Made by a program: the position numbers and the translations under genes
IMG/VR virus record: IMGVR_UViG_3300031576_001126
Location: 64,001 to 128,000 of that record
Direction: 5' to 3' (one strand)
DNA: 64,000 nt
DNA from: a virus
Shown: positions 31,001 to 39,957 of the stretch, piece by piece
How the letters are laid out: each line of letters starts with the position of its first letter
How positions within the stretch are numbered: the stretch's first letter is position 1
Notes under the pieces: model-generated
The model's input: only the letters and a program-made list of their open reading frames with translations
Told to the model about the DNA's origin: nothing
Databases searched by the model: none

Positions 31001-32400
31001 CCCCGGATGGTGTAAGTCTCCCAATAGAGCATACCAATGATTTTTTTGGAAATGATAGCAATGAAAGAAAAACATACCTAGACAAATCTTTATTTGTTAG
31101 TGAGAAAAATATTAACTTGTCTGGAATAAGACTTATTGAAACCGGAAATATAAATGTAATATATGGAACTCATTTCTTAAAATTTATAGGAAGTCGAGAT
31201 GGAAACGATTTTACGATAGAAGCAAAAAGTCCTCTTACGGGGATTAATGGAACCGGGCAAAATGATACGGCTTATAAATTTTTAAACGATGGCATTGATG
31301 ACAAATTGCCAAACAGACCGAATTTTGTGAAAAGACATAGGTCTTATTGGTTCGGTTATATGTGGCAATATGTTTCCGAAGGAGAAGATTTCAGAACTCC
31401 TGAAACATTTTCGTTTGAAGGAAACGAAAATAATAATACAATTCACAAAACGTCTTCTCTTGAAAAAACCAAAGTTATAATGAAACCTTCAATGTTGTTT
31501 GAGGGAAACCGATTCTATTTGTTTTATTCTTCCTCTATTTCTCCGTATCCAGAAAGACCAGAGGCCGGTTTTGGCGGCGAAGCTGGAACGGAACTTTACA
31601 GAGATGAATCGAATAATACTAATCCAACAAGAATTCTTTCAGAAGAAGTAGTTGGTTTTAACATCCTGCCCAATCTTAACGACTGGGGACAAAATATGGG
31701 AATACATTTTGCTTCGGCTTTTAGTTCTGAAAGCAGAGAAGATTTCTTATTTAATTCAAGTAATATCCTTCCGAATTCTATTGATGGAAACCCAATTTTA
31801 TTTTCTCATTCCCCGTGCATATTTAAAGTGGATGGAGATGCCGAGCCATTTAAAGTTTATTATCTCGGATGGTTCGGAAATCCATTGAGGTTGAGTATTT
31901 TTCGTTATAGTTTTTCCGACATAAATAATCCAACTGCAGGAACTACAATTATTTGCTATCAATTTGGAACAGGAGATAGTTCTTATGACAAACATAATTT
32001 TGTTCCATACAATTCAAATGATGGATTTGATGATCTTGCTTGGCCTGATGATCCATTTTATGCCATTTCAACCAATTGGTTGAGCGTGATAAAATTTGAT
32101 GATGGAAATTATTATGCATTCTTTAACTTTGAAAATGTAGGTCCAAAAAACGAAAATAATGTTCAACAGCCAGGAACTGGCATCCTTTTCTCGTTCGATG
32201 GTCAAACTTTCTTTGAAAAAAATCCAAGCAATACGTCCCAATTTATAAATCCATTGGGAGTTCAATATGTCCATGTTTTCAAAAAAACGATAAATACTCA
32301 AACAAATTGGTATATTGTTCATCAAAACAATTCGGGCCAAGCGGCCTATGCCAAGCTGAATTGGGTTTCTTCTTTTGAAACCGATCTTGATGACACATAG
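25078..32400 (+). CDS. 2440-aa putative virion protein: Tyr-Gly modules, Asp-box propeller, vWA domain, degenerate DUF3604/CehA-McbA-like PHP domain, C-terminal propeller
   Basis: Asp-boxes ISVDGGSSW, KSINLGESW, RSLDAGTTW. vWA MIDAS LVDCSGS...T...IITDG...IVGVG at ~27095-27740. PHP-like WGDLN...GDG...FIGITD...GLTAV...YATTG...AWSSPIW at ~29650-30880. GH43-like blade motifs (KPSMLFEGNRFYLFYS, SPCIFK) at the C-terminus. Confidence 0.7.
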   Translation: MSVTVNNIGLYLSSRVGNRTDYKLVLSVYVADHANGGVPDGNLPLITIERTVDDIDYSGWFVFNFPYPVVLIPDYYCITLYQKPDNVDFPVDFSVNFVQWFYTSCEDHSNKGVSSFSSDLQFTSDVYGYGYGGGGYGSTYATSPIYGYGYGYGDPADALDFFNIFEAGENDYGYAIGQPSFFYSYGYGFEYVDFVTDDVIQRNFKVYEDFNHIEFEGENNACINIPAAEEITLILNNRQEFLMAEQDGTAIVNDFITLDGFGERLISTNVSPLTSDCISNKNVDWFPANFALSSNDLNYVDTVNSLGNTNPFNVNMASSPYYGGIYISVDGGSSWDAKNDGLTLVDNSIRNISCVKFGPDGSFILAFDNTSLSERGKVFKSINLGESWTELILASATLSGIIVNDGFVISSSEIWIGTDNGVYRSLDAGTTWFPENNGLPSLTNVNQILVDLDILGNYGYGYGGGEGISYFDVFGSDGSLFGYGFGSFEMSFSENFGYEYGYEYGFSGGSSRIVAIATEFGAYWLVNGVWERIYPDIGQPEENTNTILFSNNNIFIGKDDGLIRSEIVGPDEEFDRIRFRGHKTSEAINGDFYVIGLSRRKTTKVRLNRNKESEIFVAQHGGVFFSENDGGNFVNLTKSISERSLKIKDIITNPIDSEIIYASVETTKFANAGVTILVDCSGSMVANDPEEKRIDMALNIVDNIVSVAVNTPYFQIIRFGVSENILLRNQSIYNSLRTQGEDFDIIGAFNLTKNIKGRIVDAGYSSNVTLVRKALDVSCREPSSAREHARTLFFDALTATSTGLANFGSRWEYKENVSKYIFDDISSNFYNNLDKSLIIITDGNDTVDGKTLQQLIDSSSNYNNIPSKTYIVGVGHNINFENLKALRESNKNSKLYLAPFDENIYSTLSDDVSDVILDREKFRNRSGIWRKLIDLEEPKITKNVILKANVPSSTTLTYRLRTTNNKKDFTDFTVDFLPNTINTVNLSGRYISIAINFESESTSFAPEVSEIRFTILEPSRSYVNFPIKNTSNSDRISEIELSSLDDLSLGNVSSDVVKMNFGLIQSESTNFKFSNKVHRDLRSVMLKRDFEDLTSEDGFFFKAKNGPWPGDTVVRVVDFLEFNANPNEGVIDGSLYFAIPSEGLIIFFDKVNSDKKIKLDLDFISQYRIGTEIINLSDAIDCFNLHDIAWVYYTDSNSVLPRSALPKVPSQLAGLETFGILSDGNHETGFGLATTYLVQYILNDVFNNGIISITNGQRINLKTTGNSDILRFYNQNAFLPPTQIENALDDGFLRVLNTQGIDFGIVTIQQTTTSPLHYQINVKTSSQITVGESVVFSIGDRSQGSRGISTETFQENLLFKSNEETVCEFQTNFYIGQKSGTQTPSVQNGDFDKIITPNLNLIGQNATSIIVLCPTTVSPGSFFNVKFIAVDDLGIVDKEFTGTIQFDIENPTMGTFVDGFSKQFSLSNSGVLDMAVLASSSLSGSTRIRCGIIVNQEQSSSTSFDPTLFDNIFFSNTFLIDSSFSVKWGDLNISTIFGDGRQDIDFVANYAEKTSALNFIGITDDIDILDDQEWAYTLFRTDALTNNNLVIYPGFRHRASDFYGERMVVFGGTDATTTPQTLASSLKPINFSNPQEQLTNLVNGLTNKDYITIPIHTPYQTDQTDFFFRGRGFLLDRYRNIVDISASMESFITNIESSFEIYSEHGNAETPDFYQSENFIGSESNLFETTAYVQRALFIGKRLGFVAGSGGYHSRSGYYKGDSSPRTQLIVGSVASNRGLTAVLTENVDRTEIFNKIKQRKTYATTGARMFLHFEATTQSQTKGMGEVFSNLDFDTFGDPIDTITFKIRATSDNSTITRIQIIKIKIDENITTVLDSRISGVPPFNVVDFGNDTGLLAFVEDISDNAENQEYCYYVRISQDDGHFAWSSPIWFNFGREEGIRITSDVNFRTVSQPSLSSDQGDIPEIPYSLSKNPPDGVSLPIEHTNDFFGNDSNERKTYLDKSLFVSEKNINLSGIRLIETGNINVIYGTHFLKFIGSRDGNDFTIEAKSPLTGINGTGQNDTAYKFLNDGIDDKLPNRPNFVKRHRSYWFGYMWQYVSEGEDFRTPETFSFEGNENNNTIHKTSSLEKTKVIMKPSMLFEGNRFYLFYSSSISPYPERPEAGFGGEAGTELYRDESNNTNPTRILSEEVVGFNILPNLNDWGQNMGIHFASAFSSESREDFLFNSSNILPNSIDGNPILFSHSPCIFKVDGDAEPFKVYYLGWFGNPLRLSIFRYSFSDINNPTAGTTIICYQFGTGDSSYDKHNFVPYNSNDGFDDLAWPDDPFYAISTNWLSVIKFDDGNYYAFFNFENVGPKNENNVQQPGTGILFSFDGQTFFEKNPSNTSQFINPLGVQYVHVFKKTINTQTNWYIVHQNNSGQAAYAKLNWVSSFETDLDDT
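25456..25650 (+). repeat. Tyr-Gly module copy 4
   Basis: Encodes YGYGYGGGGYG...YGYGYGYGDPADALDFFNIFEAGENDYGYAIGQPSFFYSYGYGFEY. Confidence 0.85.
26449..26592 (+). repeat. Tyr-Gly module copy 5
   Basis: Encodes YGYGYGGGEGISYFDVFGSDGSLFGYGFGSFEMSFSENFGYEYGYEYG. Confidence 0.88.
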
Positions 32401-32438
32401 TTCCATTTCTCAATCTCGTATAATTTACAAACGGAGAG

Positions 32439-33692
32439 ATGCTACAAATGGCAATCAAAGAAAAAAACATGATTATTTGGAGTTCGACATTCTGGGATGC
32501 TGGTGGTTATGCCGGGATGTCTAGAAATTATGTGAAAGGACTTTTAAACAGGGGATGGGATGTTAAAATAGAAGCAATTAATAGTCCTCATGAAATAAAT
32601 GAAGAAGAAATTGAGTTTTTTACAAAACTGGGAAGAGGACCATTTGCAAATTGGCCTCAAGTAGATCCCGTCACTTTAGAAAGAAACCCAAAAGCCAAAG
32701 TTCCCTCTCCTCCTGATGCCATTCGTGTTATGTCTCATCTTCCAATTGCCAGAGTGCCAAAACCTCTAAATGGGAAAAGAGTAATTTACAGTATGATGGA
32801 AAGTGAAAAGGTAAATAATAATTTTATACATGCAAGATGTAATCGATACTATGAAGAAATGTGGACCCCAACTTATTTTAACAAGAAAGTCTTTGAAGAA
32901 GCTGGACTTTCTATCCCTTGCAAGGTTTTGCCAATTGCCATAGATGATATTTATTCCAAAGAGAATGCTTTTCCATTAAATTTGAATTTTAAAGTTTTTG
33001 GGGATAAAGCTTCAGAACAACCTGAAGGGTTTAAATTTTTATCGGTATTTAGATGGAGTTATAGAAAAGGATTTGATGTTTTAATAAAATCATTTTTAAA
33101 AGAATTTAAAAAATCTGATAATGTTTCTTTAATAATAATTTCCAGACACGCCGGAATGCGTCACGAACCAAAATTTAGAGAAGCTGTAGAATTCGGAATA
33201 GGTTCTCTTTATAATGAATTTGCTACGGCTGATTCTCCGCCGATTTATTGGTGCGGAGATATTATCCCGGAAGAATTAATGCCAAGTATGTATTCTCTTG
33301 GAGATTGTTTTGTCTCTACATCCAGAGGGGAAGGGCTATGTATTCCCATTCTTGAAGCGAGTAAAATAGGATTGCCAACAATAGGGCCATATCACACTGG
33401 TTTTACCGATTATCTGACTGAAGAAAATTCAAATATATTTCATGTTGACGAGTGGGTTGTTTGCAATACCGTTCCAGAATGGGGGAATTGGATAACGGCA
33501 GAATTCCAAAACATGAGATTCCCTCTATTTGGAGATAAGACGATAGAAGAAGTAAGATTCTTGATGAGAAAAGTTAAAGAAAATCCAGGAATAGCCATAG
33601 GAAAAAATAAATTATTACAAAAAACAATAGAAGAAAGATATGGTTATAATAAATGTTTAGATCTTGTTGAAAAATATTTATCAAAATTATGA
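32439..33692 (+). CDS. GT4-family (GT-B) glycosyltransferase
   Basis: GGYAGMSR N-terminal loop, FLSVFRWSYRKGFDVLI, and SRGEGLCIPILEA (ExxGx..LEA motif). The start could be 32439, 32448 or 32469. Confidence 0.85.
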   Translation: MLQMAIKEKNMIIWSSTFWDAGGYAGMSRNYVKGLLNRGWDVKIEAINSPHEINEEEIEFFTKLGRGPFANWPQVDPVTLERNPKAKVPSPPDAIRVMSHLPIARVPKPLNGKRVIYSMMESEKVNNNFIHARCNRYYEEMWTPTYFNKKVFEEAGLSIPCKVLPIAIDDIYSKENAFPLNLNFKVFGDKASEQPEGFKFLSVFRWSYRKGFDVLIKSFLKEFKKSDNVSLIIISRHAGMRHEPKFREAVEFGIGSLYNEFATADSPPIYWCGDIIPEELMPSMYSLGDCFVSTSRGEGLCIPILEASKIGLPTIGPYHTGFTDYLTEENSNIFHVDEWVVCNTVPEWGNWITAEFQNMRFPLFGDKTIEEVRFLMRKVKENPGIAIGKNKLLQKTIEERYGYNKCLDLVEKYLSKL

Positions 33693-36658
33693 AAATTCAT
33701 GCTCTATATCTATATAATGGTGAAAAAGATCACATAATTAAAAGCCTCGAATACACATCTAAAATATGTGATACAATTCATATATTCGGGATAAAAAACA
33801 AAACAGAAGAACTAAATATAGAAAGTAATAATATATTTAAGCATGAAATATTTTGGGACTATGATTTTTCTAAAATAAGAAACAAAGCTATAGATATTCT
33901 TTGCTCTCAAATTTCACTTGATGATTGGATTTTGAGTTTAGATAGTGACGAATGCCTTGATCCAAAAACTTTCTGGAAAATAAATTCAATATTAGATTTA
34001 TGTTCTGGAGATTCAACTGTTTGTGGTCTTAGTTTTACCATTATAAACAATAACGACTATTGGTTATCCGAACATATTTATGATAAACCTACAAGAAATC
34101 TTAAAAAAAGAGACATAAGATTATTTAGAGCCAATCCTCTTTTAAGATACAAGGGAAGAATTGAAGAAAGTCTTGATATTAATCCATTCCTCGTCCACGA
34201 TATTGATATAAAAATTTATCATCATTCTCAAAGATATACCGATGAAGAGAATTCTTTTTTAAAAGAAAGACAAGCAATACTTGAAAAATGGAATATAACA
34301 TCGGAATCTGATAAGAAATCGTTTATGAAGGAAGAAGAAAAATTTTATTCTGTCTTTGATAAGAATTTAAAATCAATAATGTCTGAAAACAAAAAACCAA
34401 AAATAGGATTTTTTACTTTGCATTATGACCCTCCGATTGGGGGTGCGGAAAGATCAATGCATAATTATTTCTCAATTCTTTCTGATTTTTATGATATCGA
34501 AGTCTTTTGTTTCTTAAACGAAGACGGGGGTAAGTTTGATAAGGAAATAAATATATTAAGAGATAATATAAAAATAACAAAATCAAATTTGCCAATAGCT
34601 ACTTGTGTCAATAATTTTATAAGAAATGAAAATCCAAGCGCAATAATAACCCAACTATTACAATCTGAAATAATTATTGATTTAGCCCATAGGAATGGAA
34701 TTCCTTGCATATATTTTGTCCATGGTTTTTTTGAAGATATTTGTCAACATTACTTGCTTAATTCTTGTAAAGAAACAAATTTAGAAACCTGTTGTTTTGG
34801 AGCACATTGTCCCAATGCGCAGAGACAGGATATTCATTCTCAAAAATATAATAGATGCAAATCCATAATATGCAATTCCCATTACACGGAGAAAATATTT
34901 AGCAGATTTTTTCCAACAGCATCAGAAAAAGTTGTTGTAGTTCCTCCAAATTTTAATTATGAGTCATTTAATTTTTTAGAAAAAACAAATTTTAACACAG
35001 TTTTGGCCATAAACACGTCTCAATCAAAGGGAAGAAATGTTGTAATAAATCTTGCTTTCATGAATCCTGATTTAAAGTTTATATATGTTGATAGCAAAAA
35101 AAAAGACTTGCAAAATATTCCTATTCCTCCAAATATGGAGTTCAAACCAAGATTATCGAGAGAAGAAATGGTAAAATTATATAACGAAGTCTCGGTTGTT
35201 GTATATCCCACCCTTATGGATGAAACTTTTGGAGGAGTCCCTTGTGAAGCCGTTCTTTCTGGAACACCAATTGTTTGCCCAAATAAAGGGAATTTATCAA
35301 ATATAGTTATGGATGGTAAAAATGGAAAAATTGTAAACAACAGTTATAAAAAAGAAGACTGGAACAAGGCTCTTCATGAAGCTATAAAAATATGTCCACC
35401 AAGAGATTTGGCAAGAAAACTTCTTTCCAGTTTAAACACAAAAGTCAACTCAGAAAAAATAAAAAAAGAAATAGAAAAATGTATATCTTTGGTTAATAAA
35501 AATATAGTATGCAAAGTAGAAGACTATTCTAAAGATAAAATTGTTGTGAAAAACTCAAATAAAAAAAAGATATTGTTTCTAGCCAGGTTCCTACTGCCTC
35601 CACTAGGAGGAGGAGAATGGTTCCATTTTACAGTTTTAAAACATCTTCAGAAAATAGGATATGATTGCAAAGGAGCTTGTTATTTTGATGGGAAAAGCAA
35701 TATTCCGTTTTCTGAAGAAAGAGAAACAAATTGGGGGCCAATTCCTGTCCGACAAGCTGTTGTTAGAAGTTTTCATGATTTGGATGCGATTGTGGAGAAA
35801 GAAAAACCAGATTTAGTTTTAACCATGTCTTATGATGCTTTATCGATAATTAAGGCTGCCCATAAAAATAAAGCCAAGGCTATATTTGGAACTCATTTTT
35901 GGAGAAATATTTGTGAGGTTCCAGAAGTTTTTGAAAATATGTTAAAAAGACCATTAAGCAGTGTTAAGCTTTTAACCCAATTCCATCCAGCTTTTCATTT
36001 GGCTGATGAATATTATGTAAATTCTAAATTTATGCAATTGGGTGTTGAAAAATATGTAGGGAAAAAAATAGAAAGAATAATTCATCCTATGGCCGATTTG
36101 GATAGAATAGTTGCGGATAAAATTGATAAAAAATATATAACATTTGTTAATCCAGAATATTATAAAGGTGGAGAAAACTTTATAAATATAGCAAAAAAAC
36201 TTTCGAGATATAATTTCTTATGTATTGGACAAGCTCCTTTCCCAGATAAAATAGAAAGCAGCAAAAGAATAAACACAAACTTGGCCAACATGCACAATAT
36301 AAAAGTGATTGAAAGCTGTGAAAATATGTCTGAAATTTACAAACAAACAGCTATTTTGCTTGTTCCCGCTATTGTGGATGAAACATTTTCCATGGTGACT
36401 TTGGAAGCAATGTGGAATGGAATTCCTGTAATTGTTTCTCCAAATGGGAATTTGCCATTTTTAGTTGGTGATTCTAGTATAATTCTAGAATTGTCGGATT
36501 TGACTACCTGGACAAACATCATAGAGCAAATAATGGGTGATGAAGATTATTACAACATATTATCGGAATCTTGTAAAAAAAGATCCAGAGAGTTTTCTCC
36601 AGACAAAGAACTTGAAAAGTTTGAAAAAATGGTGAAGCTGACGATTGGAGATCCCTGA
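33689..36658 (+). CDS. Tri-domain glycosyltransferase: GT2 + two GT4 modules
   Basis: GT2 motifs DFSKIRN...WILSLDSDE...IRLFR..Y.GRIEE. First GT4: PIGGAERS...DETFGGVPCEA. Second GT4: PLGGGEW...DETFSMVTLEA. ATGA overlap with the previous gene. Confidence 0.85.
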   Translation: MKIHALYLYNGEKDHIIKSLEYTSKICDTIHIFGIKNKTEELNIESNNIFKHEIFWDYDFSKIRNKAIDILCSQISLDDWILSLDSDECLDPKTFWKINSILDLCSGDSTVCGLSFTIINNNDYWLSEHIYDKPTRNLKKRDIRLFRANPLLRYKGRIEESLDINPFLVHDIDIKIYHHSQRYTDEENSFLKERQAILEKWNITSESDKKSFMKEEEKFYSVFDKNLKSIMSENKKPKIGFFTLHYDPPIGGAERSMHNYFSILSDFYDIEVFCFLNEDGGKFDKEINILRDNIKITKSNLPIATCVNNFIRNENPSAIITQLLQSEIIIDLAHRNGIPCIYFVHGFFEDICQHYLLNSCKETNLETCCFGAHCPNAQRQDIHSQKYNRCKSIICNSHYTEKIFSRFFPTASEKVVVVPPNFNYESFNFLEKTNFNTVLAINTSQSKGRNVVINLAFMNPDLKFIYVDSKKKDLQNIPIPPNMEFKPRLSREEMVKLYNEVSVVVYPTLMDETFGGVPCEAVLSGTPIVCPNKGNLSNIVMDGKNGKIVNNSYKKEDWNKALHEAIKICPPRDLARKLLSSLNTKVNSEKIKKEIEKCISLVNKNIVCKVEDYSKDKIVVKNSNKKKILFLARFLLPPLGGGEWFHFTVLKHLQKIGYDCKGACYFDGKSNIPFSEERETNWGPIPVRQAVVRSFHDLDAIVEKEKPDLVLTMSYDALSIIKAAHKNKAKAIFGTHFWRNICEVPEVFENMLKRPLSSVKLLTQFHPAFHLADEYYVNSKFMQLGVEKYVGKKIERIIHPMADLDRIVADKIDKKYITFVNPEYYKGGENFINIAKKLSRYNFLCIGQAPFPDKIESSKRINTNLANMHNIKVIESCENMSEIYKQTAILLVPAIVDETFSMVTLEAMWNGIPVIVSPNGNLPFLVGDSSIILELSDLTTWTNIIEQIMGDEDYYNILSESCKKRSREFSPDKELEKFEKMVKLTIGDP

Positions 36659-36660
36659 AA

Positions 36661-37668
36661 ATGAGTAAAAAATTTCTATTGATAACACGGGACTATTGGC
36701 CGGGTGTTGTTAATTGTTTAAAAAACATAGAGTTTGCAATTCGTGATATTGATCCATTGTTTAATGTTGAAAGCATATTAATAGGCAAAGGTGGAGTCGG
36801 CATTGATATAATGAAGAAAATAAAGCAGAATCCACCTGATTTTATAATTTTTGGTGGATGGGATAATGCCATTAAAATGCTGGTGCATAACACGCCTAAA
36901 GAATCCAAAGTAATGGTAAAATGGTGTTCTCCAATAACTCAAATTGAATTGGGTGGAGAAATGGCTCAGTTTATTGATGTTTTGCATTTAAGCCAAACCG
37001 ACAAAATACATTATATTGGAATGGGTTTAGAAAGTGACGTAAATTGTTTAAATAAAATCAACAAAAAAGTTATATTGATGCCTGTTTTTTTAGACACAAA
37101 AGAGCTTGATAGAATAGAATCGAAAACAGACATAAAAAGAGATGGCATAAATTGTGATCTTTTTTGTGCCGCCAACCCAAGAAAGAATATATTAGCTCAG
37201 TTATTCGCTTTGTCTAGGTTTGACGAACAGATTGCCGTTCATGTGAATTATGGGAACAATGCTAATCAAATGTATCCCGTTGTGGCGAGTTTTACAATAA
37301 AAAACTTGATAAACCACGGATGGATTGGAGATAGAAAACAATATTTATCGATTATAAAAGCTATGGATTTTGCAATGGCAGTGACTCTTTCAGAAAGCTT
37401 CAATTATACGGCTGCTGAACATATGGCTTTCGGAATTCCAATTATTTGTTCTGAAGTCGCACCATTTGTTCAGGGAGTTAAAAACATAGAAAAGATTGTT
37501 ATTCAAAGACCTGAGGATTTAAGAGAAATAGAGAAAGCGATTAAGCTTTTGGTCTCTGATGCCTCGTTTAGGAGAGACATGGGGCATGCTTGCAAGGAAG
37601 CGTTTGAGCTCTACAATAATGCCGCAAAAGACATTTTAAAGGGGAATCTCACGGAGATTGCTTTATGA
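36661..37668 (+). CDS. GT4-like glycosyltransferase
   Basis: PRKNILAQL and SESFNYTAAEHMAFGIPII match the GT-B C-terminal motif. Confidence 0.75.
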   Translation: MSKKFLLITRDYWPGVVNCLKNIEFAIRDIDPLFNVESILIGKGGVGIDIMKKIKQNPPDFIIFGGWDNAIKMLVHNTPKESKVMVKWCSPITQIELGGEMAQFIDVLHLSQTDKIHYIGMGLESDVNCLNKINKKVILMPVFLDTKELDRIESKTDIKRDGINCDLFCAANPRKNILAQLFALSRFDEQIAVHVNYGNNANQMYPVVASFTIKNLINHGWIGDRKQYLSIIKAMDFAMAVTLSESFNYTAAEHMAFGIPIICSEVAPFVQGVKNIEKIVIQRPEDLREIEKAIKLLVSDASFRRDMGHACKEAFELYNNAAKDILKGNLTEIAL

Positions 37669-38666
37669 AGATAGCATTAATAGGAGCTTTCAATTTGGCT
37701 GATGGTTATCTTGGAGCAGCAAAAGCTCTCCAAAGATTAGGACATGAAGTTGTTTTTGTCCCGGCTTATTTATATAATAATGAACATGGATTATCAAAAC
37801 ATCATTTAGTTATAGTTGATCATTTATTGAAAGAAAAACCAGATGTTTGTTTATGGTGGAGAGCAGAAACTCTTAATTCCATTCAATTTGGCAAAATAAG
37901 AAAAACAGTTCCCGGAAAATTCATCATGTATTCTTGGGATGATCCTTTGCAATGGGAAAAACATCCAGAAATGCCATTAAAATGTAAATGTCTGGATGCT
38001 GCTTTTTCTTGTTGTATGGATTCGGTTAAAATGTATAAAGCACATGGATGTCCAGAAGCATATTGGTGTCCACCGGGTTTTGATCCAGAGGTGCATTATC
38101 CCGAAGAAGACGAGGCTTATAAATGTGATATTAGTATAGTTTGCACAAATCTTTATAATGAAAAATCCGTAACACAATATCCCCATATATCTAGAAAATA
38201 CTTGCTTGATAAAATAATAGAAGAATATCCAAATGTTGATTTGAGAATATATGGATCAGAGGCATTTAAAGATATTTATCCGAACCATTACAAGGGTTGG
38301 ATTCCATTTAATGAGTCAAGAAAAGTTTTTCATAACAGTAAAATAAATTTAGATACGCATATTCGTCCTGATGGGAACATGTATATAAATGAAAGAGTTT
38401 GTCAAATTTTAGGCTCCGGTGGGCTTCTCATGGTTGATGCCGTGAAAGGATTGGAAAAGGTTTTAACAGATGTAACATATCTGTCTATTGACTCATCAAA
38501 AGATATTTCTTCGCAAAATCTTATGCTTGAGGCTACTCTAAATGAGATAAGTAATGATACTGACGGTAAATATAAAAATTTCATTGAAAAAACACGAGAA
38601 TTTGCTATGAAAAATCTAACATGGGATTGTTGGGCCAAAATAATAAATGAAAAAATGAAGATATAA
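37665..38666 (+). CDS. CgeB-like (Glyco_trans_1_2) glycosyltransferase
   Basis: WDDP, PGFDPEVHYP, CDISIV, SKINL.H, NERVCQILGSGG are characteristic of CgeB-type proteins. Confidence 0.8.
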   Translation: MKIALIGAFNLADGYLGAAKALQRLGHEVVFVPAYLYNNEHGLSKHHLVIVDHLLKEKPDVCLWWRAETLNSIQFGKIRKTVPGKFIMYSWDDPLQWEKHPEMPLKCKCLDAAFSCCMDSVKMYKAHGCPEAYWCPPGFDPEVHYPEEDEAYKCDISIVCTNLYNEKSVTQYPHISRKYLLDKIIEEYPNVDLRIYGSEAFKDIYPNHYKGWIPFNESRKVFHNSKINLDTHIRPDGNMYINERVCQILGSGGLLMVDAVKGLEKVLTDVTYLSIDSSKDISSQNLMLEATLNEISNDTDGKYKNFIEKTREFAMKNLTWDCWAKIINEKMKI

Positions 38667-38667
38667 A

Positions 38668-39288
38668 ATGAATGAATTTATAATGCGTGAATTTTCAAAT
38701 AAGTGTAAGGAGTTAATAAATTCAGAAAACGTATCGATACTTCTTAGTGACTCTGAGGTTGATTTTTTGGCCAACGATCTTGTCTCTGTCGAGAAAAAGA
38801 AATATTTAGAGATAGGAAGTTACGAGGGTGGATCGGCATTTATTGTTGGCCTTAGTATGAAAAAATTGGGCAAAGAAACAAATATGGAAGAAAGCGAATT
38901 TGAAATAATGTGTATAGACACATTCAAGTCGTCAAGTGAAGAATTTTCCGATAGGGGTAAAAGCACTTTTGAAAAATTTCAAAATGGAATATCAAAATTA
39001 AATCTTGGAGATATAATAAGATATAGGGTTGGAAGAAGCGAAGATATATGTAATGAAATACAAGATGGTTATTATGACATAATTTTTATAGATGGCGATC
39101 ACACCTATGAGGGCGTTAAGCAAGATTACGAAAATTACGTCAAGAAACTTAAGCCCGGAGGCCAATTAATGTTTCATGATTATAAGATGGCTCCCGGCGT
39201 TAGTGATTTTTGCAATGAAATGAATTCAAGTGTGGGCGGCGATAAGCTTGTCGATTTCAAACATACAATTTTTGGTTTTATATTATAA
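38668..39288 (+). CDS. Class I SAM-dependent methyltransferase (Methyltransf_24-like)
   Basis: YLEIGSYEGGS, CIDTF, DIIFIDGDHTYEGVKQD, LKPGG..FHD. Confidence 0.88.
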   Translation: MNEFIMREFSNKCKELINSENVSILLSDSEVDFLANDLVSVEKKKYLEIGSYEGGSAFIVGLSMKKLGKETNMEESEFEIMCIDTFKSSSEEFSDRGKSTFEKFQNGISKLNLGDIIRYRVGRSEDICNEIQDGYYDIIFIDGDHTYEGVKQDYENYVKKLKPGGQLMFHDYKMAPGVSDFCNEMNSSVGGDKLVDFKHTIFGFIL

Positions 39289-39300
39289 TTGGAGAATTAA

Positions 39301-39951
39301 ATGATACAAGAAATTGGATATAATTTTACACCCGAATGGGAAAAGAAATGGAAAGATTTGGAAGACCATATAATATATGAGATTCCAAATCTTGAAAAAT
39401 ATGGTTGGGTTGGTTCAAATTCCAATGTTGTTGAAATTGGAAGTGGATCGAACCCAAATCCAAGATCGAATGTTTTGGTTGAGCTTGAAGATGATGGATA
39501 TCACAGAGATTTCGAGAAGCTAAAAATAATGTCACACCAAAGAATAGTTTGGGGAGATATTTGTAAAGGCATTCCGGAGTTTATTGACAAACAATTTGAT
39601 TTTTCATATTGTGTCCATGTCCTCGAACATGTCCAATATCCAGAAGCGGCTTGCAAGGAACTTATGAGAATAAGCAAGAGCGGATATCTTGAAACTCCCG
39701 GACCATTTCTTGAAAAAGTTTGGAACTTCAAATTTCACAAATGGTATGTTGATGTTATCGATGGGGTTTTAACTTTTACTGATAAAAGTTTAATTCACAA
39801 GCCAATAAATATAGAGTTGAATCAATATGAGGATTTTATTTGTGGGCCTCCCAATATGAAGAACGGAACATTTGCTCATTTGAGTAGATTTCATAAATGT
39901 TTTACAAGAGTCAGATGGGTTGATAGTTTTGAGGTTAAGATTATAAGGTAA
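39301..39951 (+). CDS. Class I SAM-dependent methyltransferase (Methyltransf_11-like)
   Basis: VEIGSG, FDFSYCVHVLEHV..P..ACKELMRI..GYLETP. Confidence 0.8.
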   Translation: MIQEIGYNFTPEWEKKWKDLEDHIIYEIPNLEKYGWVGSNSNVVEIGSGSNPNPRSNVLVELEDDGYHRDFEKLKIMSHQRIVWGDICKGIPEFIDKQFDFSYCVHVLEHVQYPEAACKELMRISKSGYLETPGPFLEKVWNFKFHKWYVDVIDGVLTFTDKSLIHKPINIELNQYEDFICGPPNMKNGTFAHLSRFHKCFTRVRWVDSFEVKIIR

Positions 39952-39957
39952 TTCATA

